Positions 55,048-64,000 of a stretch of 64,000 nt of DNA are shown one piece after another. The position numbers and the translations under genes were made by a program. The DNA is from the human T2T-CHM13v2.0 reference genome, Homo sapiens, in assembly GCF_009914755.1 (NCBI RefSeq), contig NC_060929.1; one strand, 5' to 3'. Below the pieces are notes generated by a model. The model was not told the DNA's origin. It was given only the letters and a program-made list of their open reading frames with translations, and searched no databases. How positions within the stretch are numbered: position 1 is the stretch's first letter; each line of letters begins with the position of its first letter.

Positions 55048-55229
55048 ATAGTTCCCTTAGGAGGAGCATTAAGTTGTGAAACTTCATGAAGTTGTGAAAC
55101 TTTCAAGGTGCTTTGAAGGAAGTGCAACAATCCTGTTAACAGTGTTAATCTCCAAGAAATATTGTTGATGAAGGAAGTAGGGAACAAACATCCTGGAAGG
55201 CTTTTGGCTCTTATAATTTTCCTTTTTCA

Positions 55230-55680
55230 GAAGGAATTTTGCTTACTATGTTTTCTTGTGAGAATATACTTACAGAAAGTGCAAAAACATGTATGTTCAG
55301 GATAAAAATGACTCTAAACCACAATGTGTTACAGCATCACCCAACAAGAGACAGAATGTGGCCAGTTCCCCGGGAGGGTCTGTGAACTCATCTCTAATCA
55401 TTTTTTACACTCTCCTTTTCAGAAGTAGCCATAACTCTGGCTTTTGTGATACTCATTTCTTTGCTATTCTGTATAGTTCTGTTTCCTTCATTTTGGAACT
55501 TTCTTACTTCATTTGTTCAAATTTACAGACTTAGCTATGTGATTGTGTGCAAAGTTCTTTTTATTTCCAATAGCTGGCTACTTTTATAATGTACTGAAAT
55601 ACCAGAGTTTAGCTACACATTCTGCCGCTGATGGATATAGATATAGATAGATATATAGATGTATCTCTTCTGTTTTAGGT
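55230..55680 (-). mobile_element. L1ME-type 3' fragment
   Basis: 'tatacttacagaaagtgcaaaaac...catcacccaac.agagacagaatgtggccag'. Confidence 0.55.
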
Positions 55681-55898
55681 GTGCAGTTGGTTGCAAAGAA
55701 GTTAATTTGCTCTGTGATTCCTTTCTCACTAAAAAAGAAAGAAAGCAGATGACATAGTCATATCTTCATGTATGTTAATAATAGAAGTTCTGATACACAA
55801 ACGAATGGCTCAGAGATGAATCATTATGCAAGGGATGCTTTTGGTCATGTGTCCCTAGTTTAGAATTGCATATGATAAGTGAACCTAGTACCTATAAA

Positions 55899-55980
55899 TT
55901 AAGGTTGGTGCAAAAGTAATTGCAGGTTTCGCCATTGAAAGTAACAGCAGAACCACAGTTACTTTTGCGCCAACTTAGTA
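55899..55980. mobile_element. MADE1 (Hsmar1-derived 80-bp MITE)
   Basis: 'ttaaggttggtgcaaaagtaattgcagg...ttacttttgcgccaactta' palindrome. Confidence 0.92.
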
Positions 55981-56514
55981 TAAGACACCGTTCCTGGGAA
56001 AATTTTACATGAATTGTGTAAATATATGGATAAAAAATAAACGTGTTTCATAACCTACAGTTCTTCCCGTTAGATCTTTGTAATCCTCATCTAGGGACTG
56101 CGTCTTGCATTTTCAGCAACTGACATGTATGTGATGTGGAAACTATCTGGAGAGTTGTGTGGATTCTTCTGGATTACTGTCTTCTTCTCTTGGGCCTCTT
56201 GTTTGCTTGCATCCTATAAATTAGTAAATATATTTGTTATTTCTTAAGACCTCTGATTGTACATAATTGTTGCAATCCTATCCTTTGTACTAGTTCAAGA
56301 TGGACATTGATATTGACTGGACTTGCACATGCATATTCCTGCACTGTGAATTAGCTGACCATGGCTCACAGCTTCAGCCTGCTCTGCTGAATTGCCCTTG
56401 TCTGATGGGAACCACTTTGCTGGAGATACCTGGATGAAATTGCATTCTAAAAGCTTAAAGCTTGTAACTTACCATATTTTTTGAAACTCTACTTTATTCT
56501 CAGCCTTATAATTT

Positions 56515-57930
56515 ATCCTCTATTCAAAGCTATCTACAGATTCAATGCAATCCCTATCAAAATCCCAATGACACTTTTTTTTTACAAAAATAGAAATAAT
56601 TTTATAATTCATATCAAAGCACAAAAGACCCCAAATGGTAACATGCATTTATGGCCAAGTGTTCTTCAACAAGGCTGCCAAGAATGCAAAATGGAGAAAG
56701 AATAGTCTCTTTAAAAAATGGTGCTGGGAAAACTGTTATACCACACACAAAAATCAACCCAAAATGGACTAAAGACTCAAACATAAAGCTTGAAATGGAA
56801 AAACTCCTGAAAGAAAACATGAGGAGAAAACTCTTTGACATTGGTCTTGGCAATGATTTTTTTGTATGTGACATCAAAAGCAGAAGCAACAAAAGCAAAA
56901 TTGGACAATTGAAACTACATCAAAGTGGAAAGGTTCTGCATCCAAAGGAAACAATAAACAGAGTGTAAAGGCCACCTAGAGAATGGAAGAAAATATTTGC
57001 AAGTCATATATCTAATAAGATTTTAATATTCAAAAATATAAGGAACTTCTACAACTCAATAGCCAAAAAGAAAAATAACCCAATTAAAAATGGCCAAAGG
57101 ACTTGAGTAGACATTTCTTGAAAGAAGACATAGAAATTGCCAGCAGGCATATGAAAAGATGCTCAATATTACCAGTCATGAAAGAAAAGGAAATCAAATC
57201 CACAAGGATATATTGCATTATAGTAAATATAATAAAAACTAAAACAAAAAAAGTGTTGTCAAGAACGAGATGAAATTTCAGGTGTTGTACACTGCTGGTG
57301 GAAATTTAAAATGCAACAGCCACCATGGAAAACAGAATTGAGGTTCCTCAAAAGAAAAAAAATAGAAGTACTATGTGATCCAGCAATGCCATTTCCGGGT
57401 GTATGTCCAAAAGAATGGAAATAAGAATCTCAAAGAGATACCTGCACTCACATGTTGATTGCAGCATTATTCACAATAGCCAAGTTATGGAAAAAAAACA
57501 AATATCCATCATGGATGAATTTAAGAGAAAATTTTGTATGTACATATAATAAAATATTTTCATTCTTTAGGAAGAAGGAAATTCTGCCATATATGACAAG
57601 ATGATTGAACCTAAGCATTATCCTAATGAAATAATCTGGTCACTTGAGACAAATAGCAGATGATTTAACTGATGTGAGGTATCTGAAATAGTCAAACTCA
57701 TAGAAACAAAGAGTAGAATGGCAGTTGCTAGGGGATTGGTGCTATGGGTGGTTGGGAATTCCTGTTCAACAGATATGTTGTTTCAGTTATGCAAGATGAA
57801 TGAATTATAGAGGTCTGCTGTACAGCGCTGTTCTCATAGTTAACAATACTGTATTGTGCAGTTAAAAATTGTGAAAGGGATATGTCTCATGTTGTGTTTT
57901 TACCATAATAATAATAATAATAATAATAAT
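56515..57930 (+). mobile_element. L1MA-type ORF2 3' part and 3'UTR with internal deletions; (AAT)n at the end
   Basis: 'KAIYRFNAIPIKIP', 'HTKINPKWTKD...KLFDIGLGNDF' in the ORF track; 3'UTR 'atagtcaaactcatagaa'. Confidence 0.9.
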
Positions 57931-58220
57931 AGGCCGTGCTTAAAGATGAGCAAAACAAAAACAAAAATTGTACTAGACCATAGAACTGGCCAGACATTAT
58001 TTTTAGCCATGGCTTATCATAATGGTAGTAAATGTACACTCATAGGAAAACATTCAATAAGATTTAAATACGTTAATAAGCTGTGTTTTATAATACTCAA
58101 GGAATATATCCAAATGTGCAATGTATTTTGCCTACCTGGTTACAATCACTATTTATTTATTTATTTGTTCATGTATTTATTTATATTTGCAGATGGGAAC
58201 ATAAAGTGCATCAAATATAC

Positions 58221-58954
58221 TCTCATAGTCTGAATGTTTGTGTCTACCCCCATCCACCAGTTTATACCTAGAAACTTAATTCTATGTGATTTGGAGTTGA
58301 AGCCTTCAGGAGGTGATGAAATCATAAGGGTGAATGTAACCTCATGAGTGAGATTAGTGATTTTATAATAAGAAATAGGGGAGTACTCCCTTGCTCCTTC
58401 CACCGTGTGAGGACACATTGAGAAGACCACCAACTATGAACCAAGAAACATACCCTCACCAGAAACCTTATTTTCCCTCACTTCCCAGCCTCCAAAACTG
58501 TGAAAAATAAATTTCTATCGTTTATGTAACCCAGTGTATTAGTCTGTCCTCATGCTGCTATGAAGAAATACCTGAGACTGGGTAACTTATAAAGGAAAGA
58601 AGTTTAATTGACTCACAGTTCTGCAGGGCTGGGGAGGCCTCAGGAAACTTAAAATCATGGCGGGAGGGGAAGCAATCACTTCATTCTTCACATGGTGGCG
58701 GGAAGGAGAAGTGCCAAGCGAAGCGGGAAAAAGCCCCTTATAAAACCACCAGATCTTGTGAGAACTCACTCACTATCATGAGAACAGTATGGAGGAACCA
58801 CACCCATGATCTAATCACCTCCCATGAGGTCCTGCCCTCAGAATGTGTGGATTACAATTCGGATTACAATTCAAGACGAGATTGTGGGTGGGGACACAGC
58901 CAAACCATATCACCCAGTCTATAGCATTTTGTTACAAGAGCTCAGACTAAGACA
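58221..58954 (+). mobile_element. MLT1A LTR split by THE1
   Basis: 'tagtctgaatgtttgtgtc...ccaccgtgtgaggacac...' resumes 'cccagtctatagcattttgtta...gactaagaca'. Confidence 0.85.
58535..58912 (-). mobile_element. THE1C/D solo LTR
   Basis: 'tgtattagtctgtcctcatgctgctatgaagaaatacc...gggacacagccaaaccatatca'; perfect TSD CCCAG. Confidence 0.94.
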
Positions 58955-59514
58955 CTAGACTACAATGAGTTTTGAAATAGCACAAGGAAAGAAGACTTTT
59001 ATGTAATTATTTCTCTATTGATATGATATTAATTTTTCTCAACATTATTTAAAATGTTAAGAGAAAATAGGATACTAGTTTAGGGAGATGGGAATTATAT
59101 TTTTGGATAATTTACATATGTGGATTTATTTCCGTAAGCAGAGAAAATCAATGTTACTAATCTTAAATTAGATACAGAAAAATTCCTTTCTTAGTAGGTC
59201 TTTGTACTTCACCTACGTGTTATTGCTATGAAACCTTTATGAAACTTAATAGTGCATTTGTACTCACTGCTTTAATTGTTCTTTATTAGATGACAATGTT
59301 TTACAAATGCTGTAGGTTAATTGTGGCAATGTTTCAACTTACAAACTATAATTAACGTGACCCATTGAATTCTCTGAGGGAAACAGTGGTCCTGGATGCA
59401 TAAAGGAAATACTGTGACTAGTTTTATAATTGAGACAGGAATTTCACAACAATGAAATGCTCAGCAACTATGAATATAATAGCAATGACTTTGATACAAA
59501 ATGTGATTTTAATA

Positions 59515-59945
59515 TAGCCAATGTTTGTGTTTGTGTTGCTATAAAGGGATACCTGAGACTGGGAAATCTATTTTAAAAAGATGTTTATTGACCTATGGTT
59601 CTGCAGGCTATACGAGAAGCACGTTGCCAAGGGCCTCAGGCTGCTTCCACTCATGGAAGAAAGAGAAGGAGAGCCAGTGTCAGCTGAGATCACATGGAGA
59701 GAGAATGCGAGAGAGAGAGGGAGGGAGGTGCCAGGCTCTTTTTAGCCACCAGCTCTCTGGGGAACCATTGCAGGAACTAATAGAGCAGAGAACTCATTAT
59801 TCTGATGACATACAAAACCGTTCATTAAAGATCAGCCCCCTGACCCAAACAACTCCAATTAACAACTCCCATTAGGCACCACCTGCAACACTGGGGATCA
59901 AGTTTTAACTTGAGGTTTGAAGGGTAAAATATTCAAACAATAGCA
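59515..59945 (-). mobile_element. MST-family solo LTR
   Basis: 'gtgttgctataaagggatacctgagactggg...aaatattcaaacaatagca'. Confidence 0.88.
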
Positions 59946-60357
59946 GTAAGAGAGAGGGTGAGAATACTGTTGGAGAGATTATTGAATCTAATATATGATA
60001 CAGATTGCATTTGAATTGAATTTAGGTGAATACAAGAATATTTAAAATTTTTTTTAAATTTTACTTCACAGAATATGGAGAATGTAATGAAAGAATTCTC
60101 ATTTGAGTGATATAGCATGCCAAATGTTCTGAAAAGTAAAACAGAGGATGTTTCATTTCTGCACATCACTTTTTAACTTGAGTGTGAGTAGTTCCTGGTT
60201 GCTTCTCCATAGAGCAACACATATATCTTTAAACACCAGAGGAAGGTTTCAGCATTTCCATTTCTATGCCTAAAAAGTTCAGAAAATCATGGGCTTTTTG
60301 AAAAATAAATTTAATTTCAATAAATACAGGAAAGAAGGACATCAAAAATAGACAATG

Positions 60358-60645
60358 AGCCAGGCACAGTGTCCTACATTTTGGGAGGCCGAAGCAGGCA
60401 GATCACCTGAGCAAGGAGTTCGAGACCAGCCTGGCCAACATGGCAAAACACCGTCTCTACTAAAAAAAAGTATGAAAAATTAGCCGGGCGTGGTGATGGG
60501 CGCCTGTAATCCTGGCTACTCAGGAGGCTGAAGCAGGAGAATTGCTTGAATCTGGGAGGCGGAGGCTGCTGTGAGCCAAGATTGCACCATTGCACTCCAG
60601 CCTGGGGCCACAAGAGTGAAACTCTGTCTCAAAAAAAAAAAAAAT
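60358..60645 (+). mobile_element. AluS with small 5' deletions
   Basis: TSD aaaaatagacaat/aaaactagacaat. Confidence 0.92.
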
Positions 60646-61042
60646 CAAAACTAGACAATGATAATAATGCATCTACTTAAGATTATTTATATCAAAAAGA
60701 GCTAAAAAATACTTCTGAAGAATTTCTTTGCTTTTCTGTGTTGGTAGTGATGAGCTAGAGTCATTTCTTCCTCTGAATTTCTTCTTCATCTATATTTAAC
60801 TTAGACTTTCCACCAAATTAGAAAAAAATGGGGACAACAAAACAAAGGCTTAATAACAGTGATCAAATAAGCTACCACTTTGCAACATGACTTTAGAAAC
60901 TTCACCATACCAGAAGTTTGCTGGCCTGCTACTGAATCTCTATAGACCAAAGATTGTTTGTTACTATCACTTTTTAATTTTTTTTTACCTGACAGAGAGC
61001 TGATTGACTGTCTGGAAATAATATATTTCCTCCATGTATACC

Positions 61043-61380
61043 AGTACGGTGGACCTTACTTACCCATGGGTTCTGTATCCATAGATTCAATCAACCATGG
61101 GTCAAATATACTCAGAAAAATATCCACAAAATTCCAAAAAGCAAAATTTGAATTTGCTGCATGTGGAGTACTACATTGAATTTACATGAATGAAATGAAG
61201 TGTAGGCATTATATTAAGAATTATAAGTAATCTAGAGATTACTTAAAGTGTACAGAAGGATGTGATATGCATGGTGTAGGCAAATATGATGCCATTTTAC
61301 ATTACAGACTTGAGTATACATGGATTTTAGTATCCATGGGGGGTCCTGGTACCAAGCACCAACAGATAGTGAAAGAAGAC
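61043..61380 (-). mobile_element. MER2 (Tigger-family MITE)
   Basis: 'ccatgggttctgtatccatagattcaatcaacc...ggattttagtatccatgggggtcctgg'. Confidence 0.88.
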
Positions 61381-61428
61381 TACCTTTGAAATTGGAAGGG
61401 AAGATATTCTTTTTCTGTAAAATCCTGA

Positions 61429-61749
61429 TTTTTTTTTTTTTTTTTTTTTGGTGGATACAGGATCTTGCTCTATCACTCAGGCTAGAGAACAGTGATGTGA
61501 TCACTATTCACTGCAGCCTTGATCTCCCAGGCTCAAGCATCCTCTCACCTCAGCTTCCCAAGTAGCTGGGACTACAGGCATGTGCCATCACTCCTGTCTA
61601 ATTTTTTTTATTTTTAATTTTTCTGTTTTAGTACAGATGAGGTTTCATTATGTTGCTCTGGCTTGTCTTGAGCTCCTGAGCTCAAGTGATCCTCCCACCT
61701 TGGCCTTCCGAAGTGCTTGGATTAAAGGTGTCAGTCACAACGCCCAGCC
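61429..61749 (-). mobile_element. AluJ
   Basis: 'cactgcagccttgatctcccaggctcaagc'; TSD aatcctg. Confidence 0.92.
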
Positions 61750-61891
61750 ATAATCCTGCTGATAATTAAAGAATTAGGGGTTTCTGTACATTAGCTGAGA
61801 TCTGTAGAAGTGTGACCTAGCTCTCAGCGTCCTTCTTCAATTTGGTGCCATGCTTCTGTATTTGGAAGCTACATTTCATGGAGCATGGCTT

Positions 61892-61959
61892 ATATTCTGC
61901 AAAGTTCTTGTGTTGGAAGCTTAATTTCCAATGAAATAGTGTTGAGAGGTGAGAACTTT
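61892..61959 (+). repeat. ~68-bp MST LTR 5' fragment, local copy of 62719-62787
   Basis: Both read 'caaagttc.tgtg.tggaa.cttaatttccaa.gaaatagtgttgagaggtgaga'. Confidence 0.85.
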
Positions 61960-62130
61960 CTCTCTTTCCTTTTCTATTTTTTTGTGTGGAATGAGATCTA
62001 GCTCTGTCACTCAGGCTGGAGTGCAGTGGCATTATCATAGCTCACTACAGTCTCAAACTCCTGGACTCAAGTGATTCTCCTGCTTCAGCATCCAGAGTAG
62101 CTGAGATTACAGGTATGATCCACCATGCCA
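61960..62130 (-). mobile_element. Alu monomer (FRAM/AluJ right arm)
   Basis: 'gctctgtcactcaggctggagtgcagtggc...ccaccatgcc'. Confidence 0.85.
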
Positions 62131-62579
62131 CGATTTTATGGTATTTTCAATCAGAGGCAAGTGAAGTTTCTTAATGGGAAAGGGAGCTAACAATGTTAGT
62201 AAGAGCATTCTTAGGAAAACAACAAAGTTCAATGTACCATTTGCTGTAATGTATACTCCTAGCCTATTTCTCAGGGTACTTTTTAGGAAATAGCTGAAAT
62301 TGATAAAAGAAAAACAATCTCTGTACAAACTAAGCCAGAATGAGAATGAAAGCAACATGAAACCTCTATAGAAAAAGCCAAATTTAATAAAAAGTATTTA
62401 ATTGGAATGAAGAAACAAACCCAAAATGTAGGAAGTAATAATACACACTTGACAAAGTACTTCAGCACTGACAAGAAGCCATACAGCCAGAGAACAAGTT
62501 TTTCCAAGAGTCAAATAATGTTGAAGGTACTAAGTATCCCTCTCTACTGCTTCCCTGTCTACTGCTTCCTAAATTATCA

Positions 62580-62580
62580 T

Positions 62581-62653
<73 letters not shown>
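62580..62653. repeat. (TC)n(TG)n compound microsatellite
   Basis: Seen directly. Confidence 0.95.
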
Positions 62654-62655
<2 letters not shown>

Positions 62656-62704
62656 CTCATGGTTGGAGGGGTTGCTCTTAATTTTTTTTTTCTTCTTTGA
62701 CCTA

Positions 62705-63072
62705 TGCTATGGTTTAAATGTATCCTCCAAAGTTCATGTGCTGGAAACTTAATTTCCAAGGAAATAGTGTTGAGAGGTGAGACATTTAAGAGGTGATAGA
62801 TCATGAAGGCTCTGCCCTCATGAAAGAACTAATGCTGTTTTTGCAGAAGTGGGTTTATCGTAAAGGAATGAGTTTTGATCCCTTCTTCTCACTCTCTCAT
62901 GCTGTCTTTTTCTTACATCTTCCACCACGGGATGATGCAACAAGAAGGCCCTTACCAGATGCCAGCACCTTAATATTGAACTTCCCAGCCTGCAGAACTA
63001 TGAGAAAAAAATATCTTTTCTTTGTAAATTACCTAGTTTGTGGTATTCTGTTATACCAATACAAAATTGACC
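62705..63072 (+). mobile_element. MSTC/MSTD solo LTR
   Basis: 'tgctatggtttaaatgtatcctccaaagttcatgtg...gcaacaagaaggccctta...tgtggtattctgttata'. Confidence 0.88.
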
Positions 63073-64000
63073 ATTTCCTGAGTCAGTTTGGTCAATTTTG
63101 AAAGTATGGATTTGATGCACAATATAATTACTAAGTTCTGATTTGAAAATTTTAGCTATCTCTGCACTGTAAAATATAACTCAACAGGGCACTTATTGTC
63201 AGCTACTCCGAGTGACAACTGCTAAGGATATTTATAAAAAATATGCTGCAAGTGTCCCTGCATGGGCCTATTTATCTGAAGGCATCCTGAAAAATGTTAA
63301 TAATGAAATACGACTGTTTCATCTGAATCGAGTTTGCATAGTTTATTAGACATTGCAGAATATTTTATTGCAAAATGAAGTGTGATTGTCACTAATGTTA
63401 TAACTGAGAGTGCTCTGGTTTAAAGTGTCTGATTCCCTTATCCCAGGATTGGGATTTGTTTTGTAATCTTTATGAAAAGAATAGCATTTTCATAAAATAA
63501 ATTTAACTAGATTTTCTTGCATTTGAGACAACCAATAGAGTACCATTTTTGATCCTTATAACATGAACGTGCAGAAAACACAATTGATAATTCTTTATTT
63601 GATGTGGAGTGTGCTTTTCCTACACAAAACATAATGTTTAGACATGCTAAAAGACCTTGAGAAGTATGAATAAATTTATTAATGCTTTCTTTTTAAAAAA
63701 GATCTTCCTCTCTAATAAAAAAAGTTTCTTTAGAAGATGTTATAAACTTGCATTTGACAAAGAAAATCTGAGCTAAGTTCAAAAGCTATTAAACATTTCT
63801 ATTAAAATATAATGATCAAAGGAATGTGCATATATATGTTAAAAAATTTATATTGTAATGATGATAAGGAGAAAGATTCTAAGACAAAAAACAAAGCTAT
63901 TAAGATTAAAATATGCCTGTTGGAAATCCTATTCAGGCCCACCTGAGGAAATAATGAGTATCATCAGACATACAGGTTCACATAATTTCACTCTTAGCTT

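Noticed and set aside
55071-55105. Small tandem duplications (aagttgtgaaactt x2; ggattacaattc x2 at ~58849-58872)
   Set aside because: Ordinary slippage-scale events; the second may be a THE1 subfamily feature

Overview
AT-rich, repeat-dominated catarrhine primate (most likely human/great-ape) intergenic or intronic DNA, judged from AluY (one with the Yd/Yc3-type 12-bp deletion), LTR12C, THE1/MST, L1PA, Tigger3 and MADE1. No intact cellular protein-coding gene is supported. The ORF track is explained by Alu, L1 ORF2, ERVL pol, MaLR, LTR12C and microsatellites. There are two decayed class-III (ERVL) proviral remnants (about 0.94-4.48 kb, +; about 41.3-44.3 kb, -) and an intact solo LTR12C with TSD. 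The most unusual signal is a set of short copies of nearby DNA with no TSD or poly(A). A 113-bp copy of 42169-42330 sits inside a Tigger3. A ~200-bp inverted copy of 44334-44537 splits the ERVL RNase H 'TD|GS' motif, forming an inverted repeat whose spacer holds a strong ERV-derived CTCF motif. A ~68-bp copy of an MST LTR lies 830 bp from its donor. One strong non-coding exon candidate (48507-48578) lies next to LTR12C. Repeat subfamily names come from recognising consensus sequences by eye and need RepeatMasker/Dfam confirmation. Boundaries of old elements are approximate.
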